A stretch of DNA of 62,607 nucleotides, taken from positions 58,500,114 to 58,562,720 of the forward strand of contig NC_068984.1 of assembly GCF_001194135.2 (NCBI RefSeq). The letters are read 5' to 3'. The notes under the pieces are model-generated. The model saw nothing but the letters and a program-made list of their open reading frames with translations, made no database searches and was not told where the DNA came from. Below are positions 39,721 through 51,949 of the stretch, piece after piece (the first letter of the stretch is position 1; the number at the start of each line of letters is the position of its first letter). This DNA comes from Octopus bimaculoides. Its lineage: Eukaryota. A program made the position numbers and the translations under genes.

Positions 39721-41336
39721 TGGCAGTGATCAGCCATCCCCATTCTACTGAATTCTATTTTCTAGCTCAACCCAACCTTAGTACTCCCACTATACAGATA
39801 CTTGTTGCTAACAGGCTCTTTTTGTCTCATGTTGAGTACTGCACACAATGTTCTGGCATACCATAAACCCAGGGATTTATGTTAAGTAGGCTTTAGAGTC
39901 CAGCATTCACAGCCATATAATAACTGGCACTCCATTTGTCATGATGACGAGTTTTCCAGTTGATCTAATCCATTGAACAACCTACTTATGGAATTAATGT
40001 GTAAGTGACTGAGCATTCAATAAATGCATGTACCCTTCATGTAGTTCTCAAGGATATTCAGTGTGACACAGTGTGATAAGGCTGACCCTTTAAAATACAG
40101 GTACTACTCAATTTTACCAACTAAGTGGGCTGAAGCAATGTGAAATAAAGTGTCTTGCTCAAGGACACAACACACCACCAGGTATTGAACTCATGACCTT
40201 GTGATCATAAGCTGAATACCCTAACCACTTAGCCATTTGCCCTCATCAGTCAAGCTCCACAGTCACATAAGAAGCTGAACTTGATATGATGCAGGAGGTT
40301 AGAGTTCCAAATATTGGTCATGTTATTTAGAACCTACTATGCAAGTACCTTTCTTACTTTGAAGTCTTGCTGTGTCAAATTGACTAAGGAGCACAGATAT
40401 GTGTGTCATACTACCTGGAAACCATAAATCTCTTCAATATAAGTTGTCTAGGGGATCAACAACAACAGCAACATGCCCTACCCTCACCAAGCTGAGAACC
40501 ATACTGCACACTCCAGTTTATACATGTGTTGGTGTTGTTGTTGTTGTTGTTATTATTGCTTAGTTCTCGGCTGAACCTGGCTTTGATTAAAGCTGTCAAC
40601 ATTTCCCATTTCTTACATTATCAATATTCTCCTAAGGGTGCTGGATTGGCAAATTTACTAAAGCATCAGATGAAATGATTTGCAGTATTTAATTACAGCT
40701 CTTTAAGATCTAAATTCAATATCCAGCTGAGATCAACAGTCCTTTACTTCCCTCTAGGGTCAATAAATTAAATATAATGCCAGTCTAGTACTGGGGTGAG
40801 GGGTAGGGTGGGTCAATATAACTGACTGTTCTCCTCCTCACAAATTTCTATCCTTGTGTTTATGATAGAAATTTATAATTCCCTAAAGAAAGGCATGAAC
40901 ATGACAGTTTACTCTTTGATCTCTTGTGAAAATATTAGCTTGCATGGCCTAGTGGTTAGGGTGTTACACTCACAAATGTGAAATCATGATTTTAATTCCT
41001 AGACTGGGTGGTGCGTTGTATTCTCGAGCTTCATCTCACATTGCTCTGCAATCACTTTGGCACCTGGCACAAGGTGCACTGTGCACCTGTTCAGAAAAAA
41101 TTGATTTGATAGAGAGAGTGAGCTCATGTACAGCACATACATTTGATCACAATAAACAAATCATCTGTGTAGGTTGTTCAGCAAAAACTGAACACCCATA
41201 CATCATTTTCAACAAGAGAGTCCATCACCTAACTGAAGAAGACAAAACTGAAACCAGTTTTTCTTCTTTGAGATATTATAACACTTTTTCTTTATTAAAA
41301 CTCTTTAAAAATAAAATGGAAAATTAAGATTCAAAC

Positions 41337-41454
41337 CTGTCACCATCACGAAGTCTGCGGAATTGGTCAACAATAATGCACATAAATGTCGGTCCCACTT
41401 TTGAATTTTTTTTGGGAGTTTCACTTATTCCTCCAACAAACAGATCAATGTTAT
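41337..41454 (-). CDS. PXDN: PXDN exon ([11 protein letters not shown]...[21 protein letters not shown])
   Basis: Conserved peroxidase C-terminal motifs; 118 nt, phase 1-2. Confidence 0.96.
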
Positions 41455-41949
41455 CTAAAGAACATGACAGAATGATTTTAGGCATTAACATAAGCCAGGA
41501 CATAAATATAATGCAATATAAATAGATATTAGATATAAAATAGAAAATTTGTTGCTTCATAAAATGAGTTAACGGCTAAAAGATATATTTTTGTCATCAA
41601 TTCCTTTTTAAATTGTGACAACACAACCCGAGACAATACCAAATGACAGTGTTCCATCACCATTGGAACCAAAAACTTTGAAGCCACCAAAAGAGAAGAA
41701 GAAATCAAATGACAGGAGAGAAAGGTTCGACAAAATCAACTTCATCCTCCACCAACATTGCCATGTAGTCAATGCCATCAACTTTTCTATGCAAGAGAAA
41801 TCCAAATTCTTGGAGCTGGATTTTCTGTGGGGAGCATGGCCTTGCTTACCCCCAACCTTAGTTTGAGTGATCCCAAGAACAAGGCCTCTACCACGATTTT
41901 TAAGAAATGTGGTGGAAAACTAGCTCAGGAAGGCAGGGACACTACTCCT

Positions 41950-43080
41950 TGGGACTCCTTTCAGAGCCCCCTCTACCTAATGCCAGGAGAAAAACTAGAA
42001 GTAGTTGATAGCTTCTGTTACCTAGGTGACCAAGTCAGTAGCAGGAGTGGATGCTCTAAGAGCATAGTTGCTAGAATAAGAATAGCCTGGGCAAAGTTCA
42101 GAGAGCTCCTACTTCTGCTGGTAACAAAGGGCCTCTCACTCAGAGTGAAAGGTAGACCTATGATGCCTGTGTGCAAACAGCCATGCTACATGGCAGTGAA
42201 ACATGCTGAGTACATGTTTAAGCTTGAAAGAAATGAAGCTAGTATGCTCCGCTCGATGTTTAATGTCAGTGTGCATTCATGACAGAGTGTAAGTGCCCTG
42301 AGAGAAAAGTTGGACATAAGAAGCATCAGACGTGTGCAAGAGAGACAACTGTGCTGGTATGATCATGTGTTGTGTATGGATGAGGACAGCTGTGTGAAGA
42401 AGTGTCACACCCTAACAATGGAGGGAACCTGTAGAAGAGGTAGACCCAAGAAGACATAGGATAAGGTGGTGAAGCACGACCTTCGAACATTGGGCCTCAC
42501 AGAAGCAATGACAAGTGACCGAGACCTTTGGAGATATGCTGTGCTTGAGAAAACCCTGTAAGCCAAGTGAGATTGTAGCCAAGGCTGATGTCAGTGTCAC
42601 ATAACTGGCTCATTTAAAAGTACCCTTCAATCAATGGGTAATATGCTGTGCTTGAGAAGACCTGTTGAGTCAAGTGAAATTGTAGTCGAGGCCGATGCCA
42701 GTGCTACCTGACTAGCACCCATGCTGGTGGCACATAAAAAGTACCATTTGAGTGTGGTCGATGCCAGTGCCACCTAACTGGCTCCTGTGCTGGTGGCACA
42801 TAAAAAGCACCATTCGAGTGTGGTTGATGCCAATGCCACCTAACTGGCTCCTGTGCTGGTGGCACGTAAAAAGCACCATTCAAGCATGGTCAATGCCAGT
42901 GCCACCTGACTGGCGCCTAAGCCAGTGGCATGTAAAAAGCACCCACTACACTCTCAGAGTGGTTGGCGTTAGGAAGGGCATCCAGCTGTAGAAACCTTGC
43001 TAGACCAGACTGGAGCCCAGTGCAACCTCCTGGCTTGCTAGTCCTCGGTCAAACCGTCCAATCCATGCCAGCATCGAAAC

Positions 43081-43118
<38 letters not shown>

Positions 43119-43132
43119 GGATGAGGATGATG
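41950..43132 (+). mobile_element. 5'-truncated RTE-clade LINE (RT C-terminus, 3' UTR with ~60-bp repeats, (GAT)n tail)
   Basis: LEVVDSFCYLGD...RIRIAWAKFREL...LERNEASMLR...WY.HV..MDEDSCVKKC...RGRPKKTW motifs. Confidence 0.92.
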
Positions 43133-45242
43133 ATAGGTACAAGCATGGCTGTGTAGTTAAGAAGTTTGTTTTGCAGTAACATGGTTTCAGGTTCAAGCCC
43201 ACTGCAGGCTATCTTAGAATTGTATTGTCTTCGATCTTAGCTTTAGTCTGACCATTGCTTTGTGAGTGAAATTTGGTAGATGGAAACTGTATGGAAGCTT
43301 GCCATCTGTGTGTGTGTGCGTGCATGCACATGCACATGTGTGTATGTATACATGTGTGTATGTATACAATCATCATCATCATCATCGCTTAATGTCTGCC
43401 TTCCATGGGTTGGATGGTTTGACAGGAGCCAGTTAAGCAGAAGATTGCACCAGATTTATGTCTGTTTTGGTATGGTCTTTACAGCTGGATGCCCTTCCTA
43501 ACACCAACAACCCCATAAAGTGACACCAAAACTAGAAATAAATATATGTTCTCTGTCTTTTTATCTCTTAAAGAAAATCTGCCTTCACCTCTTTTCTCTT
43601 CATTTCTCAAACCCCCCAACCACCATATGCTTCAATATCATGTTCAAATTTTCTCTCCCCTCTTCAGTTTTATCTTTTGGAACACTCATCAAAGGTTTTG
43701 GGTACAGAATTCTGTACAGAAATTTAAAACAGATGAGATGAAAATTTCAGTTCATGTAAGTTTCTTTTTTCTTTTTTGTTTTTTTTCTAATCCCTACTCT
43801 GTTAAATTGCAAAAAGATAAACCTGATGAAGAAAAAACATCAAGAAAAAAATGTTTTTTAAAAAAACTGAAGATTGTATTTGAACTGATGGAAAATGTAT
43901 GTTTATATGGAATTAGAAATAAAAAAAAAAAAAACTAGAAATGAAATCAAAACTGGATTAAAAAAATTGGAAACAGAAATCAAAAACCAAAATAACTTAC
44001 ATGGAAAATGATAAAAATAATTAAATTAAAACAGATATTGTTAATGTTTTTATATATTAAAAAAAAAAAAACTGAATAGAAATCAATTCTTATTTGAATA
44101 GTAAAAAGAGAAATATTTTAAGTTAAAGTAAGGACTGAGGTAATATATTCTCAACTAGACATTTTTTAGTTATTTGCTGCTTTACCACCATCATATCATT
44201 GATTTTAGCGATGTTGCTCAGAAAAATAGTAAAATCTCTTCTGTTCTGTTACTCGAACAGCCCCCAGTCTCAGATCTGTTTTTGGATAATATGCAAGACT
44301 ATCTGACAGATAAATTTCCTTGTTGGAGACAAGACTGTGAATTCAACCCTGCAAGTATACAATTCTTTTGTCAATTTTACAGTGCAACTGATGCTGCCAG
44401 CTAAGCAGATATGGCTATTGAAAGATAAGTACCTTGATCTGGGAACATAACACTGTGCAAGTGATAAGATGCAAATCTCTCACTTTTCAGCTTGTTTTCT
44501 GTCTCTTTTCTATTGTTAGTATTATCTTTTTCTATCTTTTACTTGTTTCAGTCATTGGACTGTGGTCATGCAGGGGTATCACTTTGAGGGGCTTAGTTGG
44601 CCCCAGTATAATTTTTTAAGGACTATCGCATATTGTGTCAGTCTCTTTTGCTGAACAGGTAAGTCACAGGAATGTAAACAAACTAGCACTAATTGTCAAG
44701 CAGCAATGGGGACAAGCAAAACCACATGCACACACAGAGACTTCTTTCAGTTTCTTAGCCACACAGTAACACTTGCACTTATTATTATTAATATTTTCAG
44801 GGCTTCTGAGAGTGATGGAAGATGTGGAGAAAATTACATCAAAGCAGAAACCTAGCCTGGATGCTTGCAAGTGAATAGGATCCTTTAAAGACATCTAAGA
44901 ACCAGGGGATGGTATTAAATCTATCAACTAAGAACTTGGAATGCTAAGAGCAACAACAAATACCATAGGGAATCTATCTAACATTTTATCAATTCTTCCA
45001 ATTCTCTATATTAGATTGGTGTCATTTTATCGACTTCTAAAAGGAAGAAAAGCAAACCTGACCTCAGAAGAGAGGAACAAATACCACAAAGCAGGTTGTC
45101 CTCCTCTCTAACAATTCTCCTAATTTGTAGTCTGTTATACCAATTCACCACCTGTCAACTAGATCATCCTTGCTCTAAAAGTAGCAGACATATATGATAA
45201 GGTAATTGCAAGAAAAGTCAACTTATGGTAAATAATACTAAC

Positions 45243-46532
45243 CTGGATGTCTATAGAGATTCTCTAAATGAAATCGTATGTTTGCATCAGGAATTTCTTT
45301 TCTTAGGTCAATGAAAGAAGTGGCTTTGTTCATCCCACAAAAAGCTCTATATTCATTGTAGCTGGGAAGACCATGGTCTCTACCTCGCTGAATGTTTAAG
45401 GAACCTAGATCTTGTCCAAGTGAATTAGCTAAAACAAACAACTTTTCGGTCAGCTCAGAGTTAAACATTTCTTCAGGCATTTGCTTTTTTGCAGGAACAG
45501 CAAAAAGACCGCGCAACAAGGGATCAATGCCACCCTCTTCCACTACTCTGTAAGGAGAAAAGAAGGCTTTATGGAGTGGCAAGTTCCCACTTCTGATTGG
45601 CTGGAATTGTTCATTCAATCGATAAATAATAGGCTGAATCAGAGTGTGTCCTACACGAAAAGCTGCTGTTGAAAATTCATTAGATATTTTGGGATCAATC
45701 TGAGGATCATAGCCTTTATATTTTCCAAGAAGTTTCATGCCTTTAGGGCCCAAGATATCAGGAAGCCAGTGTTCATATGTAATGTGTTGCATCATGGCAC
45801 CAACTATTTTTCTGCTTTCATGGTACAAGAGAGTGCCATCCCAGTGTGGATTCAACTGAATTAACTCTGTTGCAATCTTGTTGTGCTGACGAAGCCACAA
45901 AGTATGCATTGCAGTTAGGGCCAACTGTTCATTAGCTCGATGGTCACCAGCAAGAAAACAAGGAAGATGTCGTTTTGTTGCTTCTAGTTGGCAGTCAACG
46001 TTTGCCAATAAGCCATTATTATCAAATGGTAATAGAGCTTTTCCATCTGGTGAAGCTCCAACCTGGAGTAAACCACGACTTGATGTAAGGTCTCTTAGAC
46101 TAGAAGCATCCTCAAAAGTACTACCATACACATTAGACCCATCAATAAAAGCTGTTATAGCATTCAGCTGTTCACGTGGAGCAAGTGTATTGAAGAAAAT
46201 TGATGTTCCACCTGAATTACAGATAGCGCTTGACCTAGAAAAGCCCAAACATTCACGATTTCGAATGCGCTGATCATTCAAAGGAACTTGAATTGGAAAG
46301 CAAGGGTAATCATTTGTGCAAGTTTCATTACATCCTCTGCCATCACTAAATCGAGCATTACTGATAGATTGGGGAGCTAAATCCATATCATGGTCTACAA
46401 ATTGGCCCCATTGCATCAACATATGTGTGCTAAGGTCATCATCAGTCACATGGTTGGAACCAATAAGGACAGAGGAGACAAGCCGAGGGCTTGGTAATGG
46501 AATGCCATTATATTCTTTTGAAGGATTCCAAC
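45243..46532 (-). CDS. PXDN: PXDN large exon, heme peroxidase catalytic core
   Basis: 1290 nt; QWGQFVDHD (distal Gln/Asp/His), GDHRANEQ (Arg/Glu), FRVGH (proximal His), NIQRGRDHG; ttag acceptor and G|gttagt donor. Confidence 0.98.
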
Positions 46533-46649
46533 CTAAAGAAAAAAAATTAAAGATAAAGTTAAAAATTTTAATTTTGATTTCACAATATAAATGTACTAAA
46601 ATATTGCAGACAAGTTCAAGAATTTAAACAAATAAGGAAGTGTTATTAC

Positions 46650-46883
46650 CTACTGGTGTATTGAAACCATTTTCATAACGAGGAGGAAGAAGACGCCGAA
46701 AGGCTTGGTTGGAAGCTCCAGATGCTGGATTAAGCAAATTGTTACATGTGCCATCAAAGGAACGATATTTCTTGTGAAAACACATGTCAGAACAGTCAAT
46801 ATTTGGATAACGCCGGAAACAACCAGATAGATTTGCAATTAATTGAATATGTTCAGGTGACAACAATTCCCGATAAGACAGCT
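46650..46883 (-). CDS. PXDN: PXDN exon (ANLSGC...CSDMCFHKKYRSFDGTCNN...FRRLLPPRYENG)
   Basis: ccag acceptor, G|gtaata donor, 234 nt; the YRxxDGxCNN motif starts animal heme peroxidase domains. Confidence 0.96.
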
Positions 46884-48240
46884 CTGGAAAATTTAAACAG
46901 AAGTAGATAACTTTCAAAATTTTTAAACTAGTTGATTAACTATATTGATGAATTCATCTTAAAAAGATGAAAAGTTGAATCTAAGAAAATGTGATTTTCT
47001 GTGTGATATAATGACTTTTTCACCAAAATATTAATAAAAGCCCACTGCAAGTGTTTAACTTTTTTTTTTTGTTTCAATTTGCTACATATTGATAACCTTC
47101 ATCTAGGTGTAAGACACTAATTATACAGAATATACAGACTGGATAGTGAAGGTGCATGGCTCAGCCACTTGTATGTTAATTTCATGAGCAGGCTGTTCTG
47201 TTGATCAGATGTACTGGTTGTAACTGACTGAGTCCCACAGAATGCCTTGAAGTTTGAATAGAAGTTGCTATTAACTTATTTAATGCAAGGAGAATTAAAA
47301 ACCTGACTAGAAATAATTATGCAGTGGAGTGGAAGAAACAATATTTGTCAATTACTAATATTATTTTAATTATTTTGGCAAGTGTGGGGACAACTGACAT
47401 GTTTTGGTATTATTACGACCTCATCAGCAAAGCAGGGATTTCACTGCTCATGCCAAAGTAGTTATGGAAGAATCACAAAGTAAAAATGTTCAAAATTGTA
47501 TACCAGTTAGTATAGAAAGATTAGAACTATTTGGAGAATAAATAATTCAGAAATGTCATCTGCAAGAAAAACAATACTTTATTGTTGATATATTTAATGC
47601 AGAAACCATGAAAGGGCTCATCAAAAATAATTATGTAGTGAGGAAGAAACAATATTAGTCAATTTATTTTAATTATTTAGGCAAATATCAGAGACAGTGC
47701 TGAAGATATTTGTGCATTAGTATAATCTCACCAACTTTTTAAAGTCCCCTGCATTAAATATGTCAATAATAAGGTAACTATTGTTTACAATGTGAATGAT
47801 ATCACTGAGTTATATAAAGCAGATTCAAACACAGATGAAGGTCACAGCATCATCAGTTAATAAAGTCAATATATGAACCTTAAGGTAATTAGGCTATTAA
47901 GTATTTTATTCTGGTACATTATTATTTGAGTTAAACTTTTGGCATTAAATCCAGCATGAGTCTTATTGAGTGTCAGTAACAGTTGGGGAATGAAATATTT
48001 ACTGGCTCTGAAAAGAAGGGTCAGTCTTTGGATAATGGTCCTAGCTATGCTAAGAATCTGGTTTCATCTTGTGAAATTGTTGAGAGGATTTCATAAGGCA
48101 AGGCCCTATGTTTGGAGCAACTGTGAGGGCTCTGAGTTGTGTTCGTGTTTAGGAAAGAGGACGTGGTGGTGCTTTCTTGATATGAGCAATGATTGAGCTA
48201 CTTTGCTTGTTTTGCCGTGTTGTATGTATGTATGTATGTA

Positions 48241-48296
<56 letters not shown>

Positions 48297-48503
48297 GAGA
48301 GAGAGAGAGAAAGAGAGAGAGGTATTTTAGGTTTTTTTTGCAATATTTATATTTACATGGATATATAAGTCATTTTTTTAAAAACTTGTTTTTAAGTTTA
48401 CTTTATTCTGTACTTTTACAGAACTCTCAGTGTACTGGTGTATGTGTTTGTAATGGTATGGTCATTTGATGTCTGTGGTAAATGGACTGCTGTTTACACT
48501 TAC

Positions 48504-48770
48504 CATGATCTTCTAAATTATATTTATATCCTTCTCTAACATGTTCATAAATGATATCAAGAGTTTGCTCAAATATTTCTTCAGCTTTTGCTAATTCAAG
48601 AGCCTCAGCTGATGGATATCTGACAACTGAAAGTAAGTCATTGATCGTGTAAGTTTTCTTCCTGTTAAACAGATGATCATAGGTAACATTTGCAGCAAGG
48701 TTGATTCTGTTGATTGCTTCGTCAGTTGAACTTGCTACCAACTGATGGCCAATATTCACACCACGTCTAG
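48504..48770 (-). CDS. PXDN: PXDN exon, helical linker before the peroxidase domain (EAINRIN...RYPSAEALELAKAEEIFEQTL)
   Basis: tttcag acceptor, G|gtaagt donor, 267 nt; resembles the peroxidasin R-Y-P...A-E-I-F-E-x-T-L segment. Confidence 0.92.
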
Positions 48771-49079
48771 CTGAAACAACATTGAATGCAGAGATAAAAA
48801 AAAAATTGGTATCTACCATTATTCAGAAACAAAGTGCTATTAGAAGTGAATATGCAGCAAAATATATAAACTTCAAATCTTACAAGGGACGCTTTACTTG
48901 GTCACTTGACATTTTAGTTAAAATCAGCCTGAAATCAAATATTTCCATCTTAGAAAAAAAAAGAAGATACACAATATAAATTAATCCTAGATACAGGCAG
49001 TCCTCTATCTTGGGAAATACTTGATGCATCATGAAAAAAGCATGGAAACTGAATTTCTAAAGCTTAAATCATTAACTCA

Positions 49080-50051
49080 CATAAGAAGTATCTTGAGAGA
49101 AAAGTTGACCCTAAGAAGCATCAGTTGTGGTGTGCAAGAGAGACGATTGCACTGGTATGGACATGTGGCGAGAATGGATGAGGATAGCTGTGTGAAAAAG
49201 TGCCACACCCTAGCGGTTGAGGGAACCCGTGGAAGAGGCAGGCCCAGGAAGGCCTGAGATGAGGTGGTGAAGCACGACCACCAAACATTAAGCCTCACCG
49301 AGACAATGACTTGTGACCGACACCTTTGGAAATATGCTGTGCGTGAGAAGACCCAGCAAGCCAAGTGAGACCAAAATGCAAGGCCTCTGCCAGGGATGTA
49401 GCCAACCCACTTACGCGTAACATTCCTTTCATTGGACACTACACTCCGCTTGCGAAGACCTGTTGAGGCAAGTGAAATCGAAATCGAACTAAATTTGTAG
49501 ACTGACACCCATGCCAACATCTCTTTCATTGAACACTGAACTCGGCTTGTGAAGACCTGTTGGGGCAAGTGAAAGTGAAATTGTGATGGCACCTGTACAA
49601 GTGGAGCACTAAGAGCACTGTCCGAGCGTGATTGTTGCCAGAGCGGCTGTCTGGCTTCCGTGCTGGTGGCACGTAAATAGCACCATTTGAGCGTGATCGT
49701 TACCAACGTCGCCTTCCTGGCACTTGTGCCAGTGACACGTGAAAAGACATTCAAGTGAGATCGTTGCCAGTGCCGCTGGACTGGCTCCTATGCAGGTGGC
49801 ATGTAAAATACACCATTTTGAGCGTGGCCGTTGCCAGTACCGCCTGACTGGCCTTCGTGCCGGTGGCACGTAAAATCACCCACTACACTCTCAGAGAGGT
49901 TGGCATTAGGAAGGGCATCCAGCTGTAGAAACTCTGTCAAATCAGATTGGAGCCTGGTGTAACCACCTGGTTCACCAGTCTTCAGTCAAATCATCCAACC
50001 CGTGCTAGCATGGAAAGCAGACGTTAAACGATGATGATGATGATGATGATG
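49080..50051 (+). mobile_element. 5'-truncated RTE-clade LINE
   Basis: LREKL..RSI.CGVQERRLHWYGHVARMDEDSCVKKC...RGRGRPRK; same 3' UTR repeats and (GAT)n tail. Confidence 0.92.
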
Positions 50052-50299
50052 AAGAACAGAACCCTAATTAATATACTTAGGGTTCTGTTCTCATTTGAGT
50101 TACTACGTTTTTTTTCTGACATCCCAAAGAAACAGGACATATCAATCATCATATATCTTGCATTTTATCAATGGAAATGATTCCAGTAATTGAATGTATA
50201 CACTTGGCCCATGACACAGAATGAGGATATGAGGATAATTAAGCTTAATAAACATATTTACTGATACAATTGTTCAGTGGTATTTTAATGATCAATAAT

Positions 50300-51400
50300 A
50301 AGTTTTTCTTTAAGAATTATCAAGAGTTTGCTGAACATCACACATCTTTTCTTGAAAAAGGAGTCTATAGCATTGTGGCATGATTATCAATAGTTCTATG
50401 AACATTCAAAATTCTTTCTGCATTTGAGTAAAGTCCTTGTATGAATTTTAAGAAATATCGAAGTTCTGAATTGTCTTCTTCACCACTGCTGCCCACCCTA
50501 CCAACACCACCACCCTCATTTTCTCTCTAGCATGTCAATCAATTTCACTGGTGATAGGCCCTGAATGAGAAACATATTTAGTTCATTCATATCTTCACTT
50601 GTGACTTACAAATTAAATTGATTCATAAATAGAATAACTTTCTCCATGACAGCTTCAGGGATATCCTCAAAACATTTAAAATCTTGACAATTCTTTTTCC
50701 AGCAACATTACAGTGTTGATTCCTTTAGCTTAACCCAAGAGACTCCAATATTATTGATCACATTCCAGATATTGCATACATCACATAACTCTTTTAGATT
50801 AGTTCCATCTTCCATTATCTGTTACCTTGAAAGTCTGTTTAACATCCTTCCTTGTGTAATACCTATTGAAGGTTGATAATCCTGTTTCATCCATTTGTTA
50901 AATATCTTTTGTGATATTTAGAGACAAAAATATCATTTTAATTTCAAGATAAATATCTTGTTATATTCAGAGGCATTATTTAAAACTAACATTGTCCTTC
51001 CATGATAAATTATTCCTAACACTGCATTCTTTAACTGCAGAAACAAAATGAATACTAAACTAATTATGAAAAACAGCTGCATTAACCCAAGCTTTTAATA
51101 TTTGCTTTCTAAATGACTGTAACCTTTTTAGATTCCTTTCAAATCTCAAAAATGGTGATTGGGATTAGTTCTCAATTTAAATTCATCAGCTACATTGTCA
51201 CCAGCAAGTAGTGTCAATGTGTCTTTAGTTTCTTTATTTATAAAAGTGCCAATTGTGATTAATGCTAAATGTTTCTTATTTATGCAAGAGAGACAATTAT
51301 ACTTAGCATTGTTTTTTTTTGTAAACAGTTCTGATGAATCAATTCCCTGGGTTGCTATGTAACATACATTTTGTAGCATGCATGACTAAATCATTTTGTA
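50300..51400 (-). pseudogene. Decayed Tigger/pogo DDE transposase
   Basis: Relics TFINKE.TKDTLTLLAGDNVADEFKL, AWVNAAVF, LVLNNAS and WNVINNIGVSW...TL*CCWKK follow the order of Tigger motifs. Confidence 0.8.
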
Positions 51401-51614
51401 TATATAATGTGACTAGTCACCACAAGGTTGTTGAAACAATTGTGAACCATGAAATAAAAATATCATAAACTCCAATCTTCAATTTTCATTATATTTACAC
51501 ACACACATAAGGATATACTTATATATGGATATACATACACAAATCTTCAATTTTCATTATATTTATACACACACACATATAGATATACTTATATATGGAT
51601 ATACATACACAAAA

Positions 51615-51668
<54 letters not shown>

Positions 51669-51682
51669 AAGGGAGCACTTAC

Positions 51683-51949
51683 CAACAACAGAAAGGCGGA
51701 AAGAATTTCTGTCAATGCCTTCAATATTTTCGGCTATACACTCATACTCTCCAGCATCATTAAAAAGAACCCTTTGAAATGTTAATGCATTTCCTTCACT
51801 TCTAATTCTGTTGTCATACTGCAATGGTAGACTGTCTTTTTCCCACCTGTAACTTGGAGTTGGTTCGCCTTCAGCATTACAAAGTAATGTCACCTGGCTG
51901 TTCAAGCTGACTTCTCTGTCTGTCTGACGATGAACCAATGAAGGAGCAG
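51683..51949 (-). CDS. PXDN: PXDN exon, Ig domain (VTLLCNAEGEPTPSYRWEKD...DAGEYECIAEN)
   Basis: ctag acceptor, G|gtaagt donor, 267 nt phase 1-1; full I-set Ig signature. Confidence 0.94.

Noticed and set aside
45481-46627. Plus-strand ORFs of 63 aa and 103 aa
   Set aside because: Antisense shadows of the PXDN catalytic exon with no independent features.
51474-51611. ~68-bp tandem duplication beside an (AG)n tract
   Set aside because: Simple-repeat slippage or assembly overlap; no functional signal.
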